NCBI GenBank assembly: GCA_965215475.1
Contig: OZ244061.1
Span: 764,563-828,562 of the forward strand
Direction of reading: 5' to 3'
Length of the DNA stretch: 64,000 nucleotides
From: Rhodothermales bacterium
GTDB lineage: Bacteria; Bacteroidota; Rhodothermia; Rhodothermales; Bin80
The notes below the pieces were generated by a model. The model ran no database searches, was not told where the DNA came from, and saw only the letters and a program-made list of their open reading frames with translations. How positions within the stretch are numbered: the first letter of the stretch is position 1; the number at the start of each line of letters is the position of its first letter. Below, one piece after another: positions 1-10,789 of the stretch. The position numbers were made by a program, and so were the translations under genes.

Positions 1-126
1 TAGCAATCCTCAATATTTCAATTGGTAGGGACAATGCCATTTTATTTTGCGAAATTATCCATGATGAAAATGATTGTTCCATTATGAGTGAATAAACTAG
101 CTTGGGCAGTGAGTATACCATCCTCT

Positions 127-2099
127 TTAGCAAGCCTCTATATCATTGTAATCACGATAAAATGCACGGGTTGTGTCTGTATCTTCATCTGAAATAGAAA
201 AGTCTTCATCGCCGAGTGAATTAAGGTTAACATATAGATGGTTCGCATCTAAGCAGTCCATCAACACACGCTTAGCATCATTCAAAGAAAGGTTAACAAA
301 TTCATCTTCGTCAAAAGAATCCATGTTGAAATCATAACGAAGAAAACCCATTTTCTGCATATCGACCTTAATGGACAATAATGTGGAGTGCTTTCTTGCC
401 GATTCAATTTGATCAGCAAAAACTGAGTTGGAAGCCGCGAGTTCGGCATAAACAAATGACCCACCTCCTTTCCATTCAACTTTCTCAGAAACGCCACCTT
501 GTTCGCCTCCAATGACTTTTTTCAAGCGAGTCTTCGTTATCTCCTCAATATAATCCATCTGTTCGATAGCAATCCATTGACGGCCCATCTTGTGTGCAAC
601 AGCAGCCGTAGTACCCGACCCTGCGAAGAAGTCCATCACAATGTCACCTGGATCAGTTGTAATTTCGATAATGCGGCATAAAGTTTCTTCAGGCTTTGGG
701 AACGTAAAAGATTGCTTACCCATAAGTGCTTTAACTTGCAGTGTTCCTCGTTCAGAATTTACCAACTTATCAGCCCAAACAGATCGAACCATTTTACTGG
801 TTTTTCGATACTTTTCAAAAATTCTAAACTGACCATCTCTTTTAGGCCTTGCTAATATTTTATTGATGTTCTCCCTTGATTTTTTCACTCCCCATCGCCA
901 CACAGTTTGAATTTCTTGTGACTTTGCAGGCATTACACGTACCCAGCCATCTATTTCATTAAGGCTTACTTTATGCAAACCATTTTCATCAGAATTATGG
1001 GGATCCACATAAAAAGGATAGACAAGATTTGGGCGATTGCCTTCGTGAAAAGTAGTATTTCTATTCCTCAATTCACGTAGTTCAAAACCACCAAATTCAT
1101 CTGAATAAGGAAATTTTTTAGCAGGATTATTAATCCAATTGAGTATATAACTCTCACTTTTGGCATAACAGAGGATATATTCATGCATATTTGCAATGCC
1201 ACCATAGTCTCTACCTGCAGGATTGTTTACGACAACTACGCATTCAATAAACTTACCGCCCTTCATTACCTCATCCATGAGAACTTTTAAATAGGCAAAT
1301 TCGTTTCTGTCGCAATGAACAAAAATGAAGCCATCTCCAGAGAGCAGTTGTTTGGCTACTTCAAGCCGATTTCGCATAAATGTAAGCCATGTAGAGTGAT
1401 TGAATCGGTCATTGTACCGAAATCCATCATTCCCAGTATTGTAAGGTGGGTCAATGTAAATCAGTTTTACTTTTCCCGCATAACGAAGCTTTAGTGAGTG
1501 AAGGGCTAACAGGTTATTGCCCTTGATCAACAAATTGTCTTCATTACGTATTTTGCCAACTGACAGACGATTTACCCCCCCCCCATTTTTTCTGAAGCAG
1601 CACTCCAACGCTCCCATCCTGTTAACACCTTTGGCTCAAACAGCCTCGTAATGTCATCGGGGGAGAGAGTAGTATTCCAAAACACTTCCTCCCTGCCTCT
1701 ATCTTCCTTGGTCATTCCACCTTCTAGTACGCAGTCTTTGTATGGCCATGTAAGTACTACATTGCGTAAGTGACTCAAAAAATTACCATGCTGATCTACC
1801 AAGCCAATTCGATTCTTGAAAGCAGTATAACTGTCTGGGAGAAAGGTCTTGTTTGAAATAAAATCCCGAAATTTAACCTTGTCGAAAACTAACGTTCCAG
1901 CAACTTCAACAAAAAAATGTGCCTTGATTGCTTCCGACTGTATCAGTAATTCCAGAAGATGCGCATCCATTCTCAAAGCTGATTCAATCACCACATTTTT
2001 TAGAATAGTTCCGTCTGAAATGAACTCTTCTTCGGACGCTAACAATTCAGCCAGATCGTCAAGAAGGTTTTGCCCGTTCAAAGAAAGATCCTCTCCCAT
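127..2099 (-). CDS. mod: Type III restriction-modification DNA methyltransferase (Mod), frameshifted at a G10 tract (putative phase-OFF)
   Basis: ORF 1572..2099 has the Mod N-terminus (DSYTAFKNRIGL, WPYKDCVLEGG). ORF 127..1617 has IYIDPPYNTG and DFFAGSGTT (beta-class m6A MTase). Adding one G at 1575-1584 joins them into 657 aa. Confidence 0.9.
1570..1591 (-). repeat. Homopolymer cassette AAAAAAT-G10-TAAAT in mod
   Basis: C10 at 1575-1584 on + strand. The coding strand reads ATG GGG GGG GGG TAA; G11 would read GTA AAT CGT in frame. Confidence 0.9.
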
Positions 2100-2109
2100 G
2101 TGTACCAGG

Positions 2110-2481
2110 TTAACTTGTTATTCGAGATTTCAATTGATTCCATGTAAATGCGGCAGCTGGATGCATGGATGCCCCTAACCCACCGCCAGCAACCCCAAGT
2201 AATCCCCCTACAAATACGGTTAATACCGGAACAAGTACACCAGGGATATCACCAAACATCGCTCCCATAATTACCATAAGGCGCGAGGTTGGCTCAGGAG
2301 CAACCATAAATGCATGAGCCACAAACAGGGCCCAGCTCAAGGCAACGGCAATCCCTCCGGCAAGCCATGCACGTCCGGGGCAATAGATCCCTGCAGCAAT
2401 GCCACCTCCTATACTCCATACCCATCCAAAAAATAGATGGAGCAAGAATGCAACCCCTAATCCTATCAATATTCGGATCAT
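2110..2481 (-). CDS. Small integral membrane protein, unknown function
   Basis: 123 aa, Gly-rich hydrophobic helices; start overlaps the aminotransferase stop. Confidence 0.75.
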   Translation of the reverse strand: MIRILIGLGVAFLLHLFFGWVWSIGGGIAAGIYCPGRAWLAGGIAVALSWALFVAHAFMVAPEPTSRLMVIMGAMFGDIPGVLVPVLTVFVGGLLGVAGGGLGASMHPAAAFTWNQLKSRITS

Positions 2482-3653
2482 CGGCCATTTTTGTATTTCT
2501 GAACAAATCTCTGAATCCGGCGAGTGGCCTCCGCTACTTTGTCATCCGCGGTCGCATAGGAGCAGCGCACGAACCCCGCCCCACTTGGGCCAAACGCATC
2601 CCCCGGCACCACCGCAACCGATTCTTCCCGAATCAATCTCTCTGCGAACTCCTCCGAAGTCAGTCCAGTGGACCGAATATCCGGAAAACAATAGAATGCT
2701 CCCTCGGGCTCAAAAGTTGGGAGCCCTGCCGCCCGCAACCCATCTACAATCATACGCCTACGACGATCATATGCCTGACGCATTCGCTCCACCTCCGAAG
2801 CGCAATCCCGGATTGCAGCCAAGGCTCCATACTGGGCTATAGTTGGAGCACTCATGATCATGTACTGATGGACTTTATAGAGCCCCTCATATATTGATGC
2901 AGGAGCAATCGCATAACCAAGTCTCCATCCTGTCATGGCGTAAGCTTTAGAGAATCCTCCCAGAAGAATGCTGCGCTCACGCAAAGATTGAACCGACCAG
3001 GCACTCGCATGCCCTGTCCGTTTCGTATCCCCATAGATGAGTTGATCATAGATCTCATCCGAGATCAGAACCAGGTTGTGCGCTTCCGCTATGGCAGCAA
3101 TTTCCTCAAGGGTTTCCCGTCTGAGGACGGCACCAGTTGGATTATTCGGATAACCAATGAAGATCATCTTGGTCCGAGATGTGATTCTGCTGGATATATC
3201 CTCTGCCGTCACCTCGAAATTTGTTTCCGAACGTGTTGGGACATAAACAACCTTCCCATGAGCAAATCTCGCAACCGGGCCATACGACACAAAGCATGGC
3301 TCAGGAATCAGAACTTCATCCCCCGGGCTCAAGAGTGCAAGCATCGACAATTGCATTGCTTCACTGGCACCAATGGTGATCAGAATCTGATCTGCCTCTA
3401 CCTGATATCCGTATAGATGAAACAGGTGCTCCGCAATTGCCTCACGCAGTTCAATCAATCCAGCATTCGAAGTGTAACCTGTTTTTCCCAATGCCAACGA
3501 AGCCACCGCTTCGTCAATCACGGATCGTGGACTCACGAAATCTGGTTCCCCTATTCCCAGTGAAATCACATCGTCCATGGACGCTGCAATGTCGAAAAAT
3601 CGGCGAATACCACTTGGAGGGATGGATTGAATGTGGGGGGCAAGCAGTGACAT
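2478..3653 (-). CDS. PLP-dependent aminotransferase class I/II
   Basis: SLGIGEPDF, YPNNPTG, SDEIY, GFSKAYAMTGWRLG. Confidence 0.95.
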   Translation of the reverse strand: MSLLAPHIQSIPPSGIRRFFDIAASMDDVISLGIGEPDFVSPRSVIDEAVASLALGKTGYTSNAGLIELREAIAEHLFHLYGYQVEADQILITIGASEAMQLSMLALLSPGDEVLIPEPCFVSYGPVARFAHGKVVYVPTRSETNFEVTAEDISSRITSRTKMIFIGYPNNPTGAVLRRETLEEIAAIAEAHNLVLISDEIYDQLIYGDTKRTGHASAWSVQSLRERSILLGGFSKAYAMTGWRLGYAIAPASIYEGLYKVHQYMIMSAPTIAQYGALAAIRDCASEVERMRQAYDRRRRMIVDGLRAAGLPTFEPEGAFYCFPDIRSTGLTSEEFAERLIREESVAVVPGDAFGPSGAGFVRCSYATADDKVAEATRRIQRFVQKYKNGR

Positions 3654-3655
3654 TC

Positions 3656-5188
3656 TCAGACAAATTCTACTCCCTGTGCCAAGGGAAGGTCTTTGCCATA
3701 ATTCACGGTATTGGTCGATCTTCGCATATAGTATTTCCAGGAATCTGAACCACTTTCACGCCCCCCACCGGTTTCTTTTTCTCCTCCGAACGCACCACCA
3801 ATCTCCGCTCCACTCGTGCCAATATTTACATTTGCAATCCCACAGTCACTTCCCTCAGGACCACAAAAAATCTCAGCTTCCACAACGCTGTCCGTGAAGA
3901 TTGCACTCGACAGCCCCTGTGGTACATTATTCTGGATTCTGATTGCCTCCTCCAGTTGGTCATATTCATGCACATAACAGAGCGGAGCAAAGGTTTCTGT
4001 TTGTACGATCGCTGCTTCAGAGGAAATTTCGATGAGAGCAGGCCGAACATACACACCACCCTGGGGGACATTTTTGGTGACTCGTCCTCCTCCGTGGATC
4101 TGCCCTCCCTCTTTTACAGCCGAAGCCAAAGCATACTCCATTGCCTTCGCGGCATCTTCATCAATCAGGGGTCCAACCAATACATCCTTTTCGCGTGGAT
4201 CCCCTATCCGGATAGATTCCCAAGTTCGGCGTAACCGTGACAATAGCTCATCTTTGATACTGTGATGGACAATCAAGCGTCGAAGCGTTGTGCATCGCTG
4301 TCCTGCCGTTCCCACTGCTGCAAATGTGATCGCTTTCACAGCAAGGTCAAGATTTGCACCTGGAGCAACTATGAGGGCATTATTGCCTCCTAGTTCCAGC
4401 AATGAGCGTCCTAGGCGTTTGGCAACTCTTTGTCCAACCGCCCGCCCCATAGCAACCGATCCGGTTGCGGAGATTAATGGCAGGTATTCCGAGTCAGATA
4501 ATGCCTCTCCAACTTCACGACCACCTTGGGTCACTACACTCAGCGAATCTGGTGCCTCTTCAAAGTCACAAACCACCCTCATTAAAAGATTATGGCATGC
4601 CCATGCCGTCAAGGGAGTCTTTTCCGAAGGCTTCCAAACGACGGGATCGCCACAAACTAATGCCAAGGCCGCATTCCATGACCATACAGCCACAGGAAAA
4701 TTAAAGGCCGAAATAACACCAACGGCTCCCAGCGGATGCCACTGTTCCATGAGTCGATGCTGAGGACGCTCACTTTGAATGGTCAGCCCATAGAGCTGGC
4801 GACTGAGCCCAGTGGCAAAGTCACATACATCAATCATTTCCTGCACTTCCCCTTCCGCCTCTGATTGAATCTTTCCTGCCTCCAAAGTAACCAGAAATCC
4901 CAGTTCTTCTTTATGATCTCGCAGTATCTGCCCAAATTGACGAACTAACTCTCCACGACGAGGCGCAGGAACGATCCTCCACGAAAGAAACGCATGATGG
5001 GCCGCCTCACAACCTCGTTCAACTTCCTCAGCTGTAGCTGAGCCAACCGTCTGAATCAGGTGACCGTCAATGGGACTATGAACCTCAATCTGTGCCCCAC
5101 CACCAGAGCTTACGGAAGAGCCAACTATAAGCCCAGGCCCTACATCCGATATTCCAAGTGATTTAAGCGTTGTGCTCATCTCTAACAT
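3656..5188 (-). CDS. Aldehyde dehydrogenase, ALDH7/piperideine-6-carboxylate dehydrogenase type
   Basis: LELGGNNA, GTAGQRCTT, GAEIGGAFGGEKETGGGRESGSD. Confidence 0.93.
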   Translation of the reverse strand: MLEMSTTLKSLGISDVGPGLIVGSSVSSGGGAQIEVHSPIDGHLIQTVGSATAEEVERGCEAAHHAFLSWRIVPAPRRGELVRQFGQILRDHKEELGFLVTLEAGKIQSEAEGEVQEMIDVCDFATGLSRQLYGLTIQSERPQHRLMEQWHPLGAVGVISAFNFPVAVWSWNAALALVCGDPVVWKPSEKTPLTAWACHNLLMRVVCDFEEAPDSLSVVTQGGREVGEALSDSEYLPLISATGSVAMGRAVGQRVAKRLGRSLLELGGNNALIVAPGANLDLAVKAITFAAVGTAGQRCTTLRRLIVHHSIKDELLSRLRRTWESIRIGDPREKDVLVGPLIDEDAAKAMEYALASAVKEGGQIHGGGRVTKNVPQGGVYVRPALIEISSEAAIVQTETFAPLCYVHEYDQLEEAIRIQNNVPQGLSSAIFTDSVVEAEIFCGPEGSDCGIANVNIGTSGAEIGGAFGGEKETGGGRESGSDSWKYYMRRSTNTVNYGKDLPLAQGVEFV

Positions 5189-5343
5189 GATGGTAGGCTA
5201 AATCTATGAGGATGGAGCAGGAATAGACGCCTCTCTGTGCCCCAGAAAAGCTACTGATGTCACAAAGCAGTACCCGGTTGAGCACACGGTCTCTGGTTCA
5301 AAAAACGTGTCCGTCATCGTCTACAGGCTACTTAATCCATGAC

Positions 5344-7983
5344 TTATGCTTCCTCCGTCGATACTTCTTGCTCTGCTACATCCGCATCTTCTTTCTTTTT
5401 GGCGGTTGATTTTGCCTTGGAAGCCTTGGCCTTTGATGTCTTCTTATCCATCTCTTCTTTCTCGAGCACCTCCTCTTTGGAATCCTCTGTCACAGGCATT
5501 TCTTCCTCTTCCACCTTCACGTCAGCGGGTGCAGCATCGGATGCTTCTTCCTGCGCAGCCTTCTCCGTAGAAGATATACCCTCTGTGGCTTCAGATGCCT
5601 CCTCCTCAGAGGGTTTCGACGCAACTACTTCTGTCTCCGGCTCTTTTTCTTCAGAGGCCTCCACGCTTACCGTCTTATCCGCAGGTGCATCGTTCTCCGA
5701 ATCCTCGGAAGTGGCTGATTCTTCTGCATCCTCCAATTTTGCTTTCAATGATTCAAGTCCGCTGAGTTCTCCAATCGTAGTGGGACCGCTGGTGGCCTTT
5801 TCCCGTTTCGTATGCTGACGAACCGCTTTCTCTTCTGCCCGGCGCTGAGCACGCTTCACATGTTCCTCTTTCTGACGCTCCTGAGCCTGCTCCTGTCTAT
5901 CCCTGGCAGTTTCGCTCATTACGATTTCTTTTTGACTCACATCGAGTCGGATCACACGAAGTTCTAACTCATCCCCTTCCTGATAGGGCGCAAATCCGCT
6001 GTCGGGTTTGTTCTTGAGCTCATTGATAGGTACTGATGCCTCTACTTCAAGGGGTAACTCGACTAGCAAACCCTTACGATCCACCCGAATCACCTTCGCC
6101 TTATGGTCAGTGCCCGTTTCATAAATCGTTACCAGATTGGTCCACGGATTCGTTTCAATCTGTTTATGACCAAGCGCAATCCGCTGGCGCTTCTCATCTA
6201 CGTCCAGCACAACGACAGAAAGCTCCTGCCTTTTCTTGATTAATTCACTGGGATGGCGGATCGTTTTGGTCCAGGATAGATCAGATACATGCACCAACCC
6301 ATCAATCCCCGGTTCAATTTCGACGAAAGCTCCAAAGTGAGTAATATTACGTACACGACCACGAAGCACCGTTCCCGGAGGATAGCGCATGGCAATACCT
6401 TCCCATGGATTGACTTCAAACTGCTTCATTCCGAGCGAGATCTTCTTCAGGTCATGGTCAATGCTTAACACAGAGACTTTCACAACCTGTCCGAGTGAAA
6501 CCCGCTGAGATGGATGGCGGATATGTCCGGTCCAACTCATCTCGGAGACATGTACCAACCCTTCGATCCCCTGCTCAAGCTCAAGAAATGCACCATAGTC
6601 GGTGATCGAGACAACTTTGCCTTCTACAATATCTCCTGGCTTGTATCGCTCTTCAATGTTTTCCCACGGATGCGGCTTCAACTGCTTCAGACCTAATGAA
6701 ATTCGCTGACGCTCCTTGTCGTATTCGAGTACAACAACTTTTAATTCCTCATCCAGTGTGACGATCTCCGTTGGGTGAGAGACACGGCCCCAGGTCAGGT
6801 CCGTAATATGAAGAAGACCATCCACACCTCCCAAATCAACAAACACCCCGAAGTCAGTAATATTCTTCGCAATTCCCTCCAGAACCTGCCCCGTCTCCAT
6901 TGTGGAGAGGATACTTTCTCGCTGGGAAGCAAGCTCACGCTCGATCAGGGCTTTGTGAGATACCACCACATTCTCGTTCTCAGAATTAATCTTGACGATT
7001 TTGAATTCCATTCTGCGATCCAGGTAAGAATCAAAATCTCTTACGGGGCGCATATCAATCTGAGATCCAGGCAGGAACGCTTCCAATCCATCAATCAGAT
7101 TTACTAACATGCCTCCTTTAATTCGTCGGACGATGGTTCCCTCCAACACCGTTCCATCTTTGAACGCATCTTCGACCTGCTCCCAACGTCGAACTCTTTC
7201 GGCTCTTTCCTTGCTGAGTACGAGTTGCCCATGATAGTTTTCAATCCGCTCAAGATATACTTCGACTTCATCCCCGATATTCAATTCACCGGAAAACTCA
7301 TTCTTGGGAATTACCCCATCGCTCTTGAATCCAATATCGATCACGACATCCTTGTCACTGATCGATATAATTCGCCCGGTCACAATCTCGTCTTTCGATA
7401 CCTTACTGAGGGAACTATCAATAAGTTTGATCAGATCTGCTGCTTCTTGCTGCTCTTCATCAATGGACTCCATCAGTTCTTCAAGGCTCGAAAGCGGAAC
7501 CACATCTCCTAGAATTTCTCCGGTATATCCTATTCTAGTGGGGTCTTCGAGAATATCCTCCTGATTGGATCTCACGGGATCTTGGGGCTCCTCATCTGAG
7601 GACTCCGAGATGCTTTCATCTGAAGCAGCGGACTCATCCGTAGATTCTGCCGCTGGAACTGGTTTGTCCTCCGAAAGCGTTTCCGGCTCCGTTGAAGCTT
7701 CTGTAGATTCTACAGCCGATATTGATGTGTCCTCGGAAGATGCTTCCGGCTCCGTTGAGACTTCCGTAGATTCGGTTTCAGTTACGACTACATCTTCAGA
7801 TGGCTCCGAGCCGGATCCAGAGAATTGCTCAGATTCGCTCCCTGCTACATCAGTAGCAAAATTGGACTCCGATGACGAATTGGTTGAATTTGATGGTGCT
7901 GTCGAATTATGATCGTCTGTTTTTGATTCAGGATGATCCGCTTTCACGGAGTCCTCTACGCTTGATTGTGTTTGTTCTGACAT
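5344..7983 (-). CDS. rpsA: 30S ribosomal protein S1 with long acidic N- and C-terminal extensions
   Basis: Repeated S1 domains (AFLPGSQID, DFGVFVDLGGVDGLLH, DYGAFLELEQGIEGLVH); downstream of cmk. Confidence 0.96.
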   Translation of the reverse strand: MSEQTQSSVEDSVKADHPESKTDDHNSTAPSNSTNSSSESNFATDVAGSESEQFSGSGSEPSEDVVVTETESTEVSTEPEASSEDTSISAVESTEASTEPETLSEDKPVPAAESTDESAASDESISESSDEEPQDPVRSNQEDILEDPTRIGYTGEILGDVVPLSSLEELMESIDEEQQEAADLIKLIDSSLSKVSKDEIVTGRIISISDKDVVIDIGFKSDGVIPKNEFSGELNIGDEVEVYLERIENYHGQLVLSKERAERVRRWEQVEDAFKDGTVLEGTIVRRIKGGMLVNLIDGLEAFLPGSQIDMRPVRDFDSYLDRRMEFKIVKINSENENVVVSHKALIERELASQRESILSTMETGQVLEGIAKNITDFGVFVDLGGVDGLLHITDLTWGRVSHPTEIVTLDEELKVVVLEYDKERQRISLGLKQLKPHPWENIEERYKPGDIVEGKVVSITDYGAFLELEQGIEGLVHVSEMSWTGHIRHPSQRVSLGQVVKVSVLSIDHDLKKISLGMKQFEVNPWEGIAMRYPPGTVLRGRVRNITHFGAFVEIEPGIDGLVHVSDLSWTKTIRHPSELIKKRQELSVVVLDVDEKRQRIALGHKQIETNPWTNLVTIYETGTDHKAKVIRVDRKGLLVELPLEVEASVPINELKNKPDSGFAPYQEGDELELRVIRLDVSQKEIVMSETARDRQEQAQERQKEEHVKRAQRRAEEKAVRQHTKREKATSGPTTIGELSGLESLKAKLEDAEESATSEDSENDAPADKTVSVEASEEKEPETEVVASKPSEEEASEATEGISSTEKAAQEEASDAAPADVKVEEEEMPVTEDSKEEVLEKEEMDKKTSKAKASKAKSTAKKKEDADVAEQEVSTEEA

Positions 7984-8150
7984 AGAAAATTGACCTGACC
8001 TTAGGTAGGATGCACTTCCTTTGCATCAGAATCAGGCAAGGGTATTTAGTTAAGTTATAAATGGACACTTGCGTAAAGGAAGTTGGGATCTATATGACGG
8101 ATCACAGATTACGAGTATCATGCGAACCAAGTTATACGGACCTCTAAGAT

Positions 8151-8816
8151 TTATCGTTCCAATATGTATCCAAGTATGATTGCTGCCTGTTCATCCGGAG
8201 TCAGATCATCTGTATTAATTACAATTGCATCCGCTGCTTTTCTAAGAGGTGCAATCGCACGTTCGGAATCCTGTAGATCACGCTTCATTATCGAATCGTA
8301 TACTTGATGGAAGGGGATCTCCAAACCTGTTTGAGAAAGTTCGGTAAATCGGCGGCGGGCCCGTACTTCAGCGGATGCGGTCACAAAAAACTTCCATTTT
8401 GCATCCGGAAAAACGACCGTTCCAATGTCTCGCCCCACAACAATTAGCCCTGGATCCTTACCAAAACGGTCCCCCACTCGATGTTGAACCTTCAGTAAAA
8501 ACTCACGAATCTCCGCTATCACTGCAATCCGACTGGACATTTCTGTGATTCGGGAGGTATGAAGCTTCATGGTTATATCTTCCTCATCAAAGTAAATCTT
8601 CATGCGGCGATCAATACAATCAATCTTTAGATTCATCTTTGGAAGAAAGGCTGCAACACTATCTTGCGTACTTTCGATGCCGTGTTTCAGGAACCCAAAT
8701 GCCACTGCCCTATACATCAAGCCGGAATCCATGAAAACAAACCCCGAATCACTAGCAACCTGATGTGCCATGGTACTCTTGCCGGATGCGGCCGTACCGT
8801 CAATTGCTATAATCAC
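8151..8816 (-). CDS. cmk: Cytidylate kinase
   Basis: IAIDGTAASGKST, GRDIGTVVFPDA, cmk-rpsA order. Confidence 0.96.
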   Translation of the reverse strand: MIIAIDGTAASGKSTMAHQVASDSGFVFMDSGLMYRAVAFGFLKHGIESTQDSVAAFLPKMNLKIDCIDRRMKIYFDEEDITMKLHTSRITEMSSRIAVIAEIREFLLKVQHRVGDRFGKDPGLIVVGRDIGTVVFPDAKWKFFVTASAEVRARRRFTELSQTGLEIPFHQVYDSIMKRDLQDSERAIAPLRKAADAIVINTDDLTPDEQAAIILGYILER

Positions 8817-8829
8817 TTTCTTAGGTAAA

Positions 8830-9360
8830 ATGCGAAAACTTCGTCATGAAGAAATTGACCGACCAACCGCCGATCAGGTCCGGCTGTTACCACGACACCC
8901 GGTTACTGTTTTGCTAGACAATATACGATCAGTACACAATGTAGGCTCCATCTTCCGAAGTTCCGATGGTGCTTTGGTTGAGCATATACTCCTCACGGGA
9001 ATCACCTCAACTCCCGAAAATCCGCAAATGCATAAAACCGCTCTTGGTGCCCAGGATACAGTCCCTTGGAGCTATAAATCAGATCCAATGGTTGCAATTG
9101 ATCATTTACGTAGCTTGGGCTATACCATTGCCGCGTTAGAACTTACCGACTCCTCTATCCCCGTTTCTGAGGTATCCCGTGACTATTTTCCACTTTGCCT
9201 GGTCATCGGCAACGAACTCTCTGGCGTCGATCAGTCCATCATTGATCAAGCGGATTGTGCCCTGGAGATTCCCCAATATGGTGCCAAACAATCCCTCAAC
9301 GTAGCCGTCGCCTATGGTATTGTTATCTTTGATCTGATTAAATTCCTGCGGAATATTTGA
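8830..9360 (+). CDS. TrmH/SpoU family RNA methyltransferase
   Basis: LDNIRSVHNVGSIFR, GNELSGV, SLNVAVA; likely start ATG at 8830. Confidence 0.92.
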   Translation: MRKLRHEEIDRPTADQVRLLPRHPVTVLLDNIRSVHNVGSIFRSSDGALVEHILLTGITSTPENPQMHKTALGAQDTVPWSYKSDPMVAIDHLRSLGYTIAALELTDSSIPVSEVSRDYFPLCLVIGNELSGVDQSIIDQADCALEIPQYGAKQSLNVAVAYGIVIFDLIKFLRNI

Positions 9361-9367
9361 TTGATCC

Positions 9368-10789
9368 ATGGGAGAGCCCCTGGACTTGCTGACTTTTTTT
9401 CCTCCTGTGGAAGACGCACAGTGGCAGAACTTGATCTCTGAGGATTTATCCTGGCAACCGATCGAGGGAATTACGATCCATCCCTATTATCGGCGAGGTA
9501 CATCAGACCCTACGCCTATACTTGATCACCCCGGATGGATCATCCGTGCAGATGTTGATCTAAAAGATGCTTCCGCCGCTTTAGATGCAGGTGCAGAAGC
9601 ACTGGGGTTTGTTCTGCCAGAATCTGCCCCTATCCCAGAAGATTTGCCCCTTGGAAGAGTCCCTCTCTTTTTTCGTGGCGAGGGGGTTAATCTGAAATTC
9701 ATCCAATCTCTTCGTACCAGAGCAGAGGAAAGAGGACTTGAACTCGAGCAGCTTCGTGGTGCAGTCATCCCCTTCGAACATCAATCCCCTCACACAAAAT
9801 TGCAGGCCGCCAAAGGTACTGGATTGTGGACGGAGTGCATTAACCTTGAGACCTGGCATGACCAAGGTGCAACGCTTGTGCAGGAAATGGCGTGCGGATT
9901 ATCTCAATTATCCGACTTATTGGCGGAGCTGGCACCTGACTGCAACGCAAACCACATCTATTATCGTGTACCAATTGGGGAGCGCTATTTATTGGATATC
10001 GCCCGATTACGTGCACTCCGCTTATGTACCCGAGAGATCCTGAACGCTTATTCGATTCCCACCCAGAACATCTCTATTGTAGGCACTCCAAGCTGCCGCT
10101 ATGCATCACAACTGGATCCCGATACCCACATGATCCGCCAGACTCTCCAATATGTAGCTGCCATTCTTGGAGGCTGTGACGTCGTAGTAACCACGGGTAT
10201 TGGATCCAACCTGCGTATGCAACAAATACTGCGTCACGAAGCAGGTTTCGGCCGTATTGCCGACCCATCAGCGGGATCCTGGATGATTGAAAACATGACG
10301 GATGCTCTTGGGGAAGCGGCCTGGGAACTGTTTCAAAAGATTGAAGCAACCGGGGGGTTACATAGAGCGTCCCCCTGGATCGAAAAAGAAATCCAACAGG
10401 CGGACAGGCAGCAGCGCAATAGGTCCTATACCTGTAAGGAGATCATCGTGGGAGTCAATTCTTATCTCTCCCGTCAAATAGAGCAAGCCGTCCCGAATAT
10501 AAAGAGCCTTACCGCTCCTCTTGAGCATATCCGTCTTCGTGCAAAAGCACTAGGCAGAGACGTATCTGTCCTCCTTCACGGAAACTGTGATGATCTTTGG
10601 CTACATAGGCTTCTGGATTTATGTGCTTGCACGATCAATCCAGACGAAGCTGAACTCAGCTTAAAAAAAACCTCGGATGGATTCTTGGCTGAGAACTCCA
10701 AGCATGAATCCATTCTTCTTTCTGTTGGCGAGCCATTTCCCGCCGCTGCGGATCGCCTGCTCACCTTGCTGGAGAGTCATGCATCCTGA
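9368..10789 (+). CDS. Methylmalonyl-CoA mutase small (non-catalytic) subunit
   Basis: [36 protein letters not shown]; directly upstream of the large subunit. Confidence 0.85.
   Translation: MGEPLDLLTFFPPVEDAQWQNLISEDLSWQPIEGITIHPYYRRGTSDPTPILDHPGWIIRADVDLKDASAALDAGAEALGFVLPESAPIPEDLPLGRVPLFFRGEGVNLKFIQSLRTRAEERGLELEQLRGAVIPFEHQSPHTKLQAAKGTGLWTECINLETWHDQGATLVQEMACGLSQLSDLLAELAPDCNANHIYYRVPIGERYLLDIARLRALRLCTREILNAYSIPTQNISIVGTPSCRYASQLDPDTHMIRQTLQYVAAILGGCDVVVTTGIGSNLRMQQILRHEAGFGRIADPSAGSWMIENMTDALGEAAWELFQKIEATGGLHRASPWIEKEIQQADRQQRNRSYTCKEIIVGVNSYLSRQIEQAVPNIKSLTAPLEHIRLRAKALGRDVSVLLHGNCDDLWLHRLLDLCACTINPDEAELSLKKTSDGFLAENSKHESILLSVGEPFPAAADRLLTLLESHAS

Noticed and set aside
1575-1584. 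Programmed -1 ribosomal frameshift as the explanation for the split mod
   Set aside because: The same motif occurs in the opposite orientation in other genes, and the corrections needed differ (+1 at C9, -1 at C17). This favours DNA-level length change; transcriptional slippage remains possible.
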